The translations under genes were made by a program, and so were the position numbers. Below, piece by piece: positions 25,302 through 36,200 of a DNA stretch of 40,695 nucleotides (within the stretch, counting starts at the first letter, position 1; each line of letters starts with the position of its first letter). The notes beneath the pieces were generated by a model. It was not told the origin of the DNA, searched no databases, and was given only the letters and a program-made list of their open reading frames with translations. The stretch lies in sequence record SRR20825019_1894; one strand, written 5' to 3'.

Positions 25302-26477
25302 ATGGACCGCATTATCGTCATTGGCAGAGGCATGATCGGCAGCGCCGCCGCGCGGCACCTCACCAGCCTTACGGACGGCATCGCCCTGATCGGCCCGGAC
25401 GAGCCTGCCGACTACGCGTCCCATGACGGCGTTTTCGCCAGCCATTACGATGAGGGCCGGATGACACGGGTCTCTGACCCGGATCCGGACTGGGCGGTGA
25501 CCGCCCAGCGTTCTATCCAACGCTATGATGAAATCGAGGCCGAGAGCGGAATCTCCTTCTTCACGAATTCCCGTTATCTCGGCATCGGCGGGCCGGGCAC
25601 AGACTTCCTGGATCGGGCGGAAACCTCCGGCAGAGCGCTTGGCGGAGATCTATACAGACTGAACGCCAACGGGATCCGGGACCGGTTCCCGTATCTCTCC
25701 GTTTCCGATGATACCCACGGGCTTTTCGAGGACAGAAATGCCGGTCATATCAACCCGCGTGCCATGGTGCGGGCGCAAACAGAAGCAGCCCGGAAACGCG
25801 GCGCCGAAATCGTCAATGACCGGGTTACGGCGGTTCGGCCAACTCCCGGCGGCGTCGAAGTTGAATTAGCAGGCGGCGCTGTCCGGCGTGCCGAGAAGGT
25901 TCTGATCGCGACCGGCGGGTTTACCGACGCCTGCGGTTTGCCTCCTCTGGATTTGAAGTTGCGGGTGTTCGGCCGAACGGTTCTGTTGGCCCGGATGGAA
26001 GGTTCCGTCGCAGAGCAACTGTCGGACATGCCGACCATGGGACATGCAGAAACCGGCGCCTATATCCTGCCGCCGATCCGCTATCCGGATGGCCAGGATT
26101 ATCTGAAGATCGGTATCGGCACGACGGGCGATCCGGAGTTCCGCTCGCTGACGGAACTGGCAAACTGGTTCAAAAGCCCTGGTTCCGAAGAAAACCGGGA
26201 CCGGTTCCGGCCGTTCCTGGAAGGCCTGGTCCCCGCACTGACCGAGGTCGCGCACTGGCACACGGCGAGTTGTGTCGTCACCTGGACCACAACCGGCCTG
26301 CCCTATATCGATCATGTGCTGGATAACCGGATCGCCATCGCCGTCGGCGGCAACGGCAAGGGCGCCAAATCCTCCGACGACTGGGGCTGGGTTGCGGCGC
26401 ATCTCGCCGCCGGTCTCGACTGGGAGCATCCGGTCGACCGCGCCAAATTGCGGGTACCCGGAAATATTGGCGATTAG
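25302..26477 (+). CDS. FAD-dependent amine oxidase of the monomeric sarcosine oxidase / DAO family
   Basis: IVIGRGMIGSAAA, AGHINP, IATGG and C-terminal SCVVTWT...PYID...GNGKGAKSS. Confidence 0.85.
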   Translation: MDRIIVIGRGMIGSAAARHLTSLTDGIALIGPDEPADYASHDGVFASHYDEGRMTRVSDPDPDWAVTAQRSIQRYDEIEAESGISFFTNSRYLGIGGPGTDFLDRAETSGRALGGDLYRLNANGIRDRFPYLSVSDDTHGLFEDRNAGHINPRAMVRAQTEAARKRGAEIVNDRVTAVRPTPGGVEVELAGGAVRRAEKVLIATGGFTDACGLPPLDLKLRVFGRTVLLARMEGSVAEQLSDMPTMGHAETGAYILPPIRYPDGQDYLKIGIGTTGDPEFRSLTELANWFKSPGSEENRDRFRPFLEGLVPALTEVAHWHTASCVVTWTTTGLPYIDHVLDNRIAIAVGGNGKGAKSSDDWGWVAAHLAAGLDWEHPVDRAKLRVPGNIGD

Positions 26478-27871
26478 TCCGCCCCGGCCCGGTCTGAGGT
26501 TGCGCGCGGCGTTCTCAGGGCGTCGAGAAAACGCCGCCGCCAACGCTGCAGATCGTTCCGCTTGAGGATCTCCATCATGGATTGGTGGCGTTCTATCCGG
26601 TCTTCGCGGGACATGCGCAGCGCCGATTGCAGGCCATCCATCATGCCTTCTTCATCAAACGGATTGACGATCACGGCCCCATCCATTTCGGCGGCGGCGC
26701 CAGCAAACTGGGACAGTACCAAAACTCCGGGATCTTCCGGGTTCTGGGAGGCGACATATTCCTTCGCCACCAGGTTCATACCGTCCCGCAGCGGCGTGAC
26801 AAAACCCACCTTTGCAATCCGGAAAAAACCGGCCAATACATCACGCCTGTAACTCTTGTTCAGATAGCGGATGGGGACCCAGTCGAATTCCGCGAACCGG
26901 CCATTGATATGCCCGGCCATGCCTTCGAGTTTTTCGCGGATTTCCTTATAGCTCTGGACATCGCCACGCGACGGCGGCGCGATCTGCATCAGGGTGACGC
27001 TGCCCCGGTTCTCCGGATAGTTCTCCATCAGCCGCTCGTAGCTGGAAAAACGATTATCCAGCCCCTTGGAATAATCCAGCCGGTCGACCCCGATAATCAG
27101 CTGCTTTTCGCCAAGAGAGCGGCGCAGCTGGCGGGCACGGTTGGAGTTCACGGTGCGTGCCGCAGTTCTGGCCATCTCTTCGGGATGAATCGAGATCGGG
27201 AAAGCCTGCACCCGTGATGACTTTCCAAATGCCGTTGCCCGGTTTCCGCGCACCGTTCCCCCAGGTATGCGCCGGACATATTCCAACAGATTCCGTGCGT
27301 CGTTTTCGGTCTGAAAGCCAATCACGTCGTAATCGAGCAGCGCCCGGACAATCTCCTCATGCTCGGTGCAGGCCTTCAACATGTCCGGCGGCGGGAACGG
27401 CGTGTGCAGGAAGAACCCCATCCGGTTCTTCAACCCGCGGCGCTTCAGTTCACGGCCCAAAATAAAGAGATGATAATCGTGTATCCAGATCAGATCGTCC
27501 GGCTCGAGCAACGGCGTCAGGTTGTTGGCGAACAGCTCGTTCACCCGGCGGTAGCCTTCGGCATGCGCCCGGGAGTAGCTCATCACATTCAGACGATAAT
27601 GCAGCAACGGCCAGAGCGTCGAATTGCTGTAACCGGCGTAGAAATCATTATAATCCTTGCGGCTGAGCGGCATCGTCGCCCGTGCGAACCGCTTGCCCTC
27701 ATGCATCGTCACCTGGGCCGGCGTGCTGTTGTCGATCTTGCCATTCCAGCCGAACCAGAGACCGCCAATCCCGGTAAAGGCTTCCTCGACCGCGACCGAC
27801 AGACCACCAGCCGATGCTTTTCCCTCTTCGACCGGAGCAACCCTGTTCGAAACAACGACCAGACGGCTCAA
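26474..27871 (-). CDS. otsA: Trehalose-6-phosphate synthase
   Basis: [38 protein letters not shown] and [14 protein letters not shown] start at 27871 with GGAGGA RBS, overlapping the GH15 stop. Confidence 0.95.
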   Translation of the reverse strand: MSRLVVVSNRVAPVEEGKASAGGLSVAVEEAFTGIGGLWFGWNGKIDNSTPAQVTMHEGKRFARATMPLSRKDYNDFYAGYSNSTLWPLLHYRLNVMSYSRAHAEGYRRVNELFANNLTPLLEPDDLIWIHDYHLFILGRELKRRGLKNRMGFFLHTPFPPPDMLKACTEHEEIVRALLDYDVIGFQTENDARNLLEYVRRIPGGTVRGNRATAFGKSSRVQAFPISIHPEEMARTAARTVNSNRARQLRRSLGEKQLIIGVDRLDYSKGLDNRFSSYERLMENYPENRGSVTLMQIAPPSRGDVQSYKEIREKLEGMAGHINGRFAEFDWVPIRYLNKSYRRDVLAGFFRIAKVGFVTPLRDGMNLVAKEYVASQNPEDPGVLVLSQFAGAAAEMDGAVIVNPFDEEGMMDGLQSALRMSREDRIERHQSMMEILKRNDLQRWRRRFLDALRTPRATSDRAGAD

Positions 27872-29655
27872 AACGCATCCTCCCATTTTCGGCTCAGGCG
27901 CATGGCGCACTTGATCAGGCCGACCATCGAATAGGTCTGGGGAAAGTTACCCCAGAGCTCACCGGTCTTCGGATCGGTATCTTCCGACAGAAGACCAAGC
28001 TTGTTACGGCAGGCCAGCATGCCCTCGAACATTTCCCGCGCCTCCTCCTCCCGGCCGGTCACGGCAAGCGCCTCAATGAACCAGAAGGTGCAGACATTGA
28101 AAGCGGTTTCGGGCACCCCGAAATCGTCCGCCGCGACGTAGCGGAAAAGATGGCCGCCCTTGCGCAGATGCTTCTCGATCATCGCCACCGTGCCGACATA
28201 GCGTTCGTCGGTCCCGGTGTGAAACCCGAGCTCATGCATCAACAGCAGGCTGGCATCCATCTGATCCCCGCCGAAGGTGGAAACGTAGCTGCCCAGGTCC
28301 TGGTTCCATGCCTCTTCCATAATTCTGGCGCGCATGGTGGCGGCATGACCGCCCCACTCCGCAGCATCGTCGGTATGGCCGAGATGCTCCGCGATCCGGG
28401 CCAGGCGATCCGCCGCGGCCCAGCACATCAGGGCCGAGAAAGTATGGACAGACGCAATGGTCCGCAGCTCCCAGGGGCCGGCATCCGGTTTGTCGAACTT
28501 CTCCACCGCGTGCCGGCCAAAGGCCGAGAGCTTGCGATACAGCTCCTCGTTCCCCTGCCGCACGATCCGGCTGTCGAAAAAGGTCTGCGCGGCGGCCAGA
28601 ATAACGGCGCCGTAAACGTCGTTCTGGATCTGGGTATAAGCCGCGTTGCCGACCCGGACCGGCCCGTTGCCGCGATATCCGGCAAGCCCATCCACCGTGT
28701 ATTCGTCCAGCTTGTGGGCGAAGGAGAGCCCGTAAAGCGGCTGCAAATCGTCATGCCCGGCATTGACGGCGACATTGCTGATATAACCGAGATAACGCTC
28801 CAGCGTCTTGGTGGCGGAGAGCCGGTTCAGCGCATGCACGACGAAATAGGCGTCCCGCAGCCAGCACAACCGGTAATCCCAGTTCCGCTCCGTCCCCGCC
28901 GCTTCCGGCACCGAGGTCGTCATCGCCGCGACAATCGCGCCGGTCTCTTCATAGGTGCTGAGCTTCAGCGTGATGGCGGCGCGGATCACCGCATCCTGCC
29001 ATTCGAACGGGATGGAGAGAGCCCGGCTCCAGTCCTGCCAGTACCGCGCGGTTCGTTCCTCGAAATTGCGCGCCGTCTCTGACAGGGAAGCGGTCAGGCT
29101 CTCGTCCGGTCCCAGAAGCATGATCACCGGGTTGTCCAGCAGGAACCACGTTTCTTCCAGCACATAGGACACCGTGGCATCCGTGGTGAGCCGCATGGTC
29201 AGATCCGGACTGACGTAACGAATATGATTGGAGCCGCGGGCAACTGTCGGCCTGCCCGATCCATAATCGTTCGTCGGTCGAATTCGAACCCGCACCTTCG
29301 GGCTACCGGTTATCGCCCGGATCTGTCTGACGATCATGGTGGGATGAAACATCCGGTCGTGATTCCGGAAACGGGGGCAGTAATCCCGGATTTCCAGAGA
29401 TGCCCCGTCGGCATCCGTCAGTCTGGTGACCAGAATGGCTGTGTTGTGCTCGTAATGCTGCTCCGCCGAGGCAAATCTGTCGATCTCGACAGACCAGTAA
29501 CCACGTGCAGCAGCCTCCTCCTCATTCGCCAGCAAAGACGAGAAAAAGGGATCGCCATCGAACCGCGGCAGACAGCACCAGGCAATGCGCCCCATGCCAT
29601 CGATCAGCGCGCTGATCGCGCAATTACCGATCAACCCGAGTTCGAGTGTGCTCAT
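27868..29655 (-). CDS. Glycoside hydrolase family 15 protein (putative trehalase)
   Basis: LIGNC...WCCLPRFD, GAIVAA.TTS.PE, RNWDYRLCWLRDA, PVRVGNAA, and GLLSED...WGNFPQTYS. Confidence 0.92.
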   Translation of the reverse strand: MSTLELGLIGNCAISALIDGMGRIAWCCLPRFDGDPFFSSLLANEEEAAARGYWSVEIDRFASAEQHYEHNTAILVTRLTDADGASLEIRDYCPRFRNHDRMFHPTMIVRQIRAITGSPKVRVRIRPTNDYGSGRPTVARGSNHIRYVSPDLTMRLTTDATVSYVLEETWFLLDNPVIMLLGPDESLTASLSETARNFEERTARYWQDWSRALSIPFEWQDAVIRAAITLKLSTYEETGAIVAAMTTSVPEAAGTERNWDYRLCWLRDAYFVVHALNRLSATKTLERYLGYISNVAVNAGHDDLQPLYGLSFAHKLDEYTVDGLAGYRGNGPVRVGNAAYTQIQNDVYGAVILAAAQTFFDSRIVRQGNEELYRKLSAFGRHAVEKFDKPDAGPWELRTIASVHTFSALMCWAAADRLARIAEHLGHTDDAAEWGGHAATMRARIMEEAWNQDLGSYVSTFGGDQMDASLLLMHELGFHTGTDERYVGTVAMIEKHLRKGGHLFRYVAADDFGVPETAFNVCTFWFIEALAVTGREEEAREMFEGMLACRNKLGLLSEDTDPKTGELWGNFPQTYSMVGLIKCAMRLSRKWEDAF

Positions 29656-30422
29656 TCAACCGCTCCCAAATCTGTAGAAACAAGCTGCCCCAACCAGCGA
29701 TGAACCGCCTCTGGCGACGAAAGCCGGTAATCGGCCAAGGTTTTCGCCGTGTCCGGTCCGACATGGATGGTAACGCCGCCTCGCGCCTTGCAGACCCTGA
29801 AACCGTCCTCATCGGTGACATCGTCGCCGATGAAACACGGCCGGCGCCCGGCAAATACCGGTTGTGCAAGAAAAGCCTCGACGGCAGCACCCTTGGTTGC
29901 CGCCGATGGCTTCACTTCCACCACCATTTTCCCATTCAGGACGGAAAGAGCCCCGCGCCCCCCTTCGGCTGCCCGTGCCAGCGCCTGTTGAACGTCCACT
30001 CCCCGCTCAGGATCCGACCGGAAATGAACGGCGATTGCCTCCCCCTTGTCCTCCATCTGAAGAGACGGATAGCGCCCCAGCAAGCCGGACGCGCATTCAC
30101 GGACCGCTGCCATCGCACCACGCGCCTTCTCCCGTTCCTGAGGATCAACACCGGTGCTGCCCCGGCGTTCCAGGCCATGCACACCGGACGCGGCAAGATC
30201 AGGCAGGTGAAGGTAGCTATCGAGGTCAGCGAGAGTTCTGCCGGTGACGACAGCGACGGCACCGCCGGCAATGCGCCTGACATCTTCGAGCAACCCGGTC
30301 AGCCCATCGGCCACCTGGATCGCTTCCGGGCGCGGCGCGATGTCTACAAGCGTGCCGTCGAAATCGAGGAAAAAGGCCCAGTCCGCAACTGGGAAAGGTG
30401 GCGGCTGCAAAATGTCGACCAT
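29652..30422 (-). CDS. otsB: Trehalose-6-phosphate phosphatase
   Basis: FLDFDGTLV, VTGR, HGLE, GKMVVEVKP and GDDVTDEDGF. Confidence 0.95.
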   Translation of the reverse strand: MVDILQPPPFPVADWAFFLDFDGTLVDIAPRPEAIQVADGLTGLLEDVRRIAGGAVAVVTGRTLADLDSYLHLPDLAASGVHGLERRGSTGVDPQEREKARGAMAAVRECASGLLGRYPSLQMEDKGEAIAVHFRSDPERGVDVQQALARAAEGGRGALSVLNGKMVVEVKPSAATKGAAVEAFLAQPVFAGRRPCFIGDDVTDEDGFRVCKARGGVTIHVGPDTAKTLADYRLSSPEAVHRWLGQLVSTDLGAVE

Positions 30423-30549
30423 AACCTCGCAGGATGACGATTGGCGGCGGCGAAGAAGCTCTGGATAGTAACAGGGAGGTCAGCGCTGACAACCGCCACA
30501 CTGTGACACCCAGCAGATGATGAACCTTTTCCGGCAGATCGCGGGCCGG

Positions 30550-31239
30550 TCAGCGTCTCTTGTAAATCAAGGTGTTCGTAGCGGTGACACCGGATGCGCG
30601 CGGCTCGACCGGAATGTTCCCGACCATGAAACCGGCACAGACACCATCATCGTCCGTATATGGCAAAATCATGCGGCGCCAGACCCTCGGCGCAAGCCAG
30701 CTCGGTGAAATGTTCTCGGTGTAAACAGGCCGTAAGGTCCGGTAAACCGCGAGGTAGCAGGCACGATACAAAAGAGCGATGGGCGTCGATGTTTTCCGGC
30801 ACATTTCCGATACCGTTGCCCCGGTCCAGTCGTTCCCGGCATATTCCGCGATCCCCGTGCCGTAGACGCGGTAGCGCGCATCGAAGCCATCGTCCAGAGA
30901 GTCGAGCATCATGATACTGCCAATGGCCTCACGAAGCTCGAGAACATCAATATCCTTCCGCATCGGAAGCCGCCCCCTGGTCTCCCGAATGCTGTTCCAG
31001 TAACCGTAAAGGAAGGCAAGCTTATGCTCCGGAATTTCCAGATCCGGCGACACGAAGGCGATGCGGCCAAGAAGGTGGTCAAATTCCGGAGTTAGTCCGC
31101 CATCGATTATACGACAGGCAGAGGCTTCGACCTCTTCCAGGGTCGGCTCCAACCATTCCGTAACGGCATCAGGATCACTATCGCCCGTGATCGAACTCAC
31201 TATCAAAGCTCCTGCTGTTTCATAAGACACTACTCCCAA
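30550..31239 (-). CDS. PAS_5 (DUF1457)-type domain protein
   Basis: YWNSIR...LPMRKDID...RYRVYGT...GNDWTG...RMILPY. Start codon uncertain. Confidence 0.75.
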   Translation of the reverse strand: MGVVSYETAGALIVSSITGDSDPDAVTEWLEPTLEEVEASACRIIDGGLTPEFDHLLGRIAFVSPDLEIPEHKLAFLYGYWNSIRETRGRLPMRKDIDVLELREAIGSIMMLDSLDDGFDARYRVYGTGIAEYAGNDWTGATVSEMCRKTSTPIALLYRACYLAVYRTLRPVYTENISPSWLAPRVWRRMILPYTDDDGVCAGFMVGNIPVEPRASGVTATNTLIYKRR

Positions 31240-31353
31240 TCGGCTGGTTGCCCTACCCCGGAGAAAACAACCGGGTTCAAGCCGATTTCAGAGCTGTTCG
31301 CTTGCGCACCCAAAATTTATTTCGCACCGCAGCATTTTTATTGCTCCGATATC

Positions 31354-31400
31354 TTGACATCAATCAAACCATGATTACTTTCCGACCAACTGGTAATAAA
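31354..31400 (+). promoter_or_regulatory. sigma70-like promoter and imperfect palindromic TetR operator of the efflux operon
   Basis: TTGACA at 31354-31359, TACTTT 16 bp downstream, then an ACCA-AC-TGGT core flanked by TTT/AAA. Confidence 0.55.
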
Positions 31401-31416
31401 TAGAATAGCGCTGAAC

Positions 31417-32007
31417 ATGGTTGGACGCCCGAGATCGATAGACCGTGAAGCCGTGCTGGATGCAGCCCAGGCTGTTGCAGCCCGCGATGGCGCCGGCCAC
31501 TTGACGCTCGAGTCCGTCGCGGTCGAAGCCGGAATCAGTAAAGCCAGCGTACTCTACGACTACAAGACGAAACAGGCCCTGATGAAAGCCGTGATCGAAC
31601 GGCGCATCGCCACAGAAAATAACCGGATTGAAGAAATCGAACAGCATTTGGGACCAGTGCCGAATGTCGCGATCCGGGCCCGGTTGAGTTCGGAATTGCA
31701 GGAACTTTCGGACGAGGATCGTAAAGTTGCGCTGAGCCTCTGTGCCGTCGTCTCCCAGGATGCCGACTTGCGCCGGCCGGTGCAGGATATGTTTGCCCGG
31801 CGCATCGCCCATGTCATGGAAACATCAGATAAACCGCGCGGACCAATCCTCGCTTTTCTCGCCGTGGAAGGCCTGAAATCGCTGGAGTGGCTGGGCCTCC
31901 ATCAATGGCCAAGCGAGGAACGGAAGCGGCTGCTTTCTGAAATTCGCTGGCTCGTCGATCAGGAGCCAGAAGAACGCGCATGCGACAAAGCAACGGATTG
32001 TTATTGA
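31417..32007 (+). CDS. TetR/AcrR-family regulator
   Basis: GRPRSIDREAVLDAA...LTLESVAVEAGISKASVLY helix-turn-helix, upstream of the RND genes. Confidence 0.93.
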   Translation: MVGRPRSIDREAVLDAAQAVAARDGAGHLTLESVAVEAGISKASVLYDYKTKQALMKAVIERRIATENNRIEEIEQHLGPVPNVAIRARLSSELQELSDEDRKVALSLCAVVSQDADLRRPVQDMFARRIAHVMETSDKPRGPILAFLAVEGLKSLEWLGLHQWPSEERKRLLSEIRWLVDQEPEERACDKATDCY

Positions 32008-32098
32008 TCCACCGTTATATTCCTCATCACCCCTTTGACCATACAGATCCGCGGCACATCCCATCGGTAGAAGCCGGGTCAATCCACAGGAGTTCGTA

Positions 32099-33274
32099 AT
32101 GCCCCTTTCCAAGACTTTCCGGGCCCTGGCTTTGACTATTGCAGTCCTGCCGGCCCTGGCCGCCTGCGATGGCCTGACAGAAGACAAACCAGCGGCCGCA
32201 GCTCCGGCACGGCCGCCTGTCGCTGTCAGCATCATCACCACCGCCGCCGAGGACATCCCGGTTGTGAACGAGCTTCCCGGGCGGATCGCACCGACGAATA
32301 TCGCCGAAGTCCGGCCACGGGTTTCAGGGTTGGTTATTGAACGGGTCTTCGAGCAAGGCGCCATCGTTCAGCAGGGCGATGTTCTCTACAAGATCGACCC
32401 CGCTCCGTTTCAGGTTCAGGTCAACAGCGCCCGCGCGACCCTGACGCGTGCCCTGGCCACACAGGAACAGGCCAAGCGAACCGCCGACCGGCAGCAGGAA
32501 CTGCAGTCACGCAAGGTTGCCAGTGCCCAGACCCGCGACGATGCCGTCGCCGCCCTCGCCCAGGCCGACGCGGATGTCGCGCTTGCCCGGGCCGGGCTCG
32601 CAGCGGCAGAGCTCGATCTTCACTATACGAACGTCAAGGCACCGATCACGGGCCGGATCGGCCGCGCCCTGATCACCGAAGGGGCGCTTGTCGCAAGCAC
32701 CAGCACCGAAAATCTCGCCGTGATCCGGCAGCTCGATCCTGTCTATGCCGACTTCACCCAGTCGGCCAAGGAACTGCGGGAACTCCGCAAGGCCATGAAC
32801 AGTGGCGAAATGTCGGTTTCGTCTGACGGCGCGGCAACGGTCCATCTGCTGTATGATGACGGCGTTCCCTATCCGGAGACGGGACGGTTGCTGCTCCAGG
32901 AAAGCACTGTCGACTCGAACACCGGTCAGATCACCCTCCGTGGTGAATTCCCGAATCCGGATTCCGCCCTCCTGCCCGGCATGTATGTCCGGGTCCGTAT
33001 CGAACAGGGCATCCGGCATAATGCCGTGGCCGTCCCTCAGCAGGCAATTCAGCGCAGCACAGCCGGCAAGGCTCGGCTCTATGTCGTCAAGCTGGACGGG
33101 ACGCTGGACCTTCGCCAGGTCGAACTTGGCGAAGCCACAGGCAACCGCTGGGTCGTCGAAAGCGGCCTTGCCGTCGGCGAACAGGTTGTCGTCGAAGGTT
33201 TCCAAAAAATCCGCCCTGGCGCGAAAGTCACGCCGCAACCGTGGCAACAAGCCGCTAATTCAAGCGCCCAGTAA
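32099..33274 (+). CDS. RND efflux periplasmic adaptor lipoprotein (AcrA/MexA-like)
   Basis: Lipobox LAAC, AEVRPRVSG, YTNVKAPITGRIG and FPNPD..LLPGMYV. Confidence 0.95.
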   Translation: MPLSKTFRALALTIAVLPALAACDGLTEDKPAAAAPARPPVAVSIITTAAEDIPVVNELPGRIAPTNIAEVRPRVSGLVIERVFEQGAIVQQGDVLYKIDPAPFQVQVNSARATLTRALATQEQAKRTADRQQELQSRKVASAQTRDDAVAALAQADADVALARAGLAAAELDLHYTNVKAPITGRIGRALITEGALVASTSTENLAVIRQLDPVYADFTQSAKELRELRKAMNSGEMSVSSDGAATVHLLYDDGVPYPETGRLLLQESTVDSNTGQITLRGEFPNPDSALLPGMYVRVRIEQGIRHNAVAVPQQAIQRSTAGKARLYVVKLDGTLDLRQVELGEATGNRWVVESGLAVGEQVVVEGFQKIRPGAKVTPQPWQQAANSSAQ

Positions 33275-33286
33275 GGCAGAGCAGAC

Positions 33287-36200
33287 ATGGCAAGTTTCTT
33301 TATTGATCGACCCATCTTCGCCTGGGTCGTCGCCATCTTCATCATGCTGGCTGGCGCCCTCGCGATTCCGTTCCTGCCGGTTGCGCAATATCCGAACGTC
33401 GCGCCGCCACAAATCACGGTCAGCACCAGCTATCCCGGCGCCACACCGGAAGACATGTATGAAAGTGTCACCCGGCCGATAGAAAATGAGCTGAACGGCA
33501 TTCCCGGGCTGCTCTATTTCGAATCGACGTCGGACTCGTCCGGACAGATCAGCATCACGGTCACGTTCGAGCCCGGCACCGATGTCGCCAATGCCCAGGT
33601 TGAAGTGCAGAACCGGATCAGCCGGGTCGAATCAAGCCTGCCGGAAAGCGTCTCCCGGCAAGGCATGCGGATCGAGCGGGCCGGCACGGGCTTCCTGCTT
33701 GTCGTCACGCTCACATCGACCGACGGCACGCTCGACGCCATCGGGCTCGGTGACTATCTCAGCCGGAATGTGGATGGTGAGATCCGGCGTATCGGCGGTG
33801 TCGGCAACACACGGCTGTTCTCCACCGAACAATCCATGCGCGTCTGGCTCGATCCGGACAAGATGCTTGGCCTGAACCTCACCTCAGAGGATGTTGTCAA
33901 CGCCATCCAGGCCCAGAACGCCCAGGTTGCCGCCGGCCGTATCGGCGCGAAACCGGTCGCGAAAGACCAGCAGATTGCCGCCAGTGTTCTGGTGAAAGGC
34001 CAACTCAAGACCCCCGAGGAATTCGGCGCTATCGTGCTCCGGGCTCAGCTCGACGGATCAACCGTCCGGCTGCGCGACGTCGCCCGCATCGAGGTCGGTG
34101 GCGAAGCCTATACCTCCGCAGCCCGATTGAACGGGCACCCGACAGCCGCGATCGGCGTCCAGCTTTCGCCGAGCGGTAACGCCCTTGAAACCGCCAACGC
34201 CATCGAAGCCAAGATGGAGGAGCTTGCCCGCTTCTTCCCGGACGGTGTGGAATACAAGATCCCCTATAACACGGCGCCTTTTGTCGAGGTTTCCATCGAG
34301 AAGGTTCTGCACACGCTGATCGAAGCCGTGGGGCTGGTCTTCATCGTGATGCTCATCTTCCTCCAGAGCTTCCGCTACACCATCATTCCGACGCTGGTTG
34401 TTCCGGTCGCCCTGCTCGGCACCTGCGCCGTCATGATGGCCTCCGGCTTCTCGATCAACGTGCTGACCATGTTCGCCATGGTGTTGGCCATCGGCATCCT
34501 GGTCGACGACGCCATCGTCGTGGTCGAGAATGTCGAGCGCATCATGAGCGAGGAAGGTCTTTCTCCGCGCGAAGCGACCCGCAAGGCCATGAAACAGATC
34601 ACCGGGGCCATCGTCGGCATCACGCTGGTGCTGATGGCCGTATTCGTGCCGATGGCATTCTTCCCCGGCGCGGTCGGCGTCATCTATCAGCAATTCAGCC
34701 TGACCATGGTGGTGTCGATCCTGTTCTCCGGCTTCCTCGCGCTGTCCCTGACACCGGCACTTTGCGCCAGCTTCCTGAAGCCGGTCGAGGCCGGTCACTC
34801 GATGGAAAAGCGCGGCGTTCTCGGCTGGTTCAACCGTGGATTCGACAAGACCGCACGCAATTACAGCAGCTTTGTCGGCCGCATGACACACCGTGCCGGC
34901 CGTTACATGATCATCTATCTGGCCCTGCTTGCCGGGCTTGGATACCTCTGGATGCAGCTCCCGACCGCATTTATCCCGAATGAGGATCAGGGCTATCTTC
35001 TGGTCGACATGCAGGCGCCCGCCGAAGCCAGCGCCAACCGTACGATGGAGGTGATCAAGCAGGTCGAAGACACTTTCATCGGCAAGGAAGGCGTTGCTCA
35101 GATCGTGACCGTCGCGGGCTTCAGCTTCTCCGGCACCGGTGACAATGCGGCGATCGCCTTCGTTCCGCTCAAGGACTGGAGCGAACGTGGGGCGGATCTT
35201 TCGGCCACGGCAATTGCCGGCAGGGCGAACGGCCAGCTGTTCCAGATTAAGGACGGTCAAACCTTTGCCTTGTCTCCGCCGCCAATTCGCGGGCTCGGTA
35301 ATTCGAGCGGGTTCGATTTCCGCCTGCAGGATCGCGGTGGCCTCGGCCACGAGGCGCTGGTCGAAGGCACCAACCGACTGCTGTCCGAAGGCCGCCAGAG
35401 TCCGATCTTGCAGGGCTTGCGCATTTCGGGCCTGCCCGACGCCGTGCAGGTCAATCTGAATGTCGACCGGGAGAAAGCCAACACCTTCGGCGTTACCTTT
35501 GCCGACATTAACGCGACGATCTCGACCCAACTCGGCTCAACCTATGTCAACGACTTTCCAAACGTCGGACGCATGCAACGGGTGACCGTGCAGGCCGATC
35601 AGGATCAGCGGATGTCGACCGACGACATTCTCAAGATGACGGTCCGTAATACCCATGGCGGAATGGTCCCCTTGTCCAACTTCGTGACCGTGGAATGGGT
35701 TACCGGGGCCGCCCAGGTTGTCGGCTATAACGGTTATCCGACGATCCGTATCAGCGGTCAGGCCGCTCCCGGTTATTCGTCGGGCGACGCCATCGCGGAA
35801 ATGGAGCGGATCGCCAACGATCTCGGTCCGGGCTTTGGTTACGAGTGGACCGGCCAGTCGCTGCAGGAAATCCAGTCTGGCGCCCAGGCACCGCTGCTGA
35901 TCGCCCTCAGCATCATCTTCGTGTTCCTGCTGCTGGCAGCGCTTTACGAGAGCTGGTCGATCCCGATCTCGGTCATGCTGGTGGTGCCGCTGGGCGCCAT
36001 CGGCTCCGTCCTCGCCGTCATGTCCCGGGATATGCCGAACGACGTGTACTTCCTGGTCGGGCTGATCGCCATCATCGGTCTGTCAGCAAAGAACGCGATC
36101 CTGATCGTGGAATTCGCCAAGGACCTGAGGGCCGAGGGACAGTCCCTGTTCGACGCCACGGTCGAGGCCGCCCGCCTGCGGTTCCGGCCGATCCTGATGA

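Noticed and set aside
27814-29082. 422-aa plus-strand ORF
   Set aside because: Antisense shadow of the GH15 gene.
30423-30549. EcfG-type promoter expected upstream of otsB
   Set aside because: I found no convincing GGAAC-N16/17-CGTT match on the minus strand.
34058-35530. 490-aa minus-strand ORF
   Set aside because: Antisense shadow of the RND transporter.
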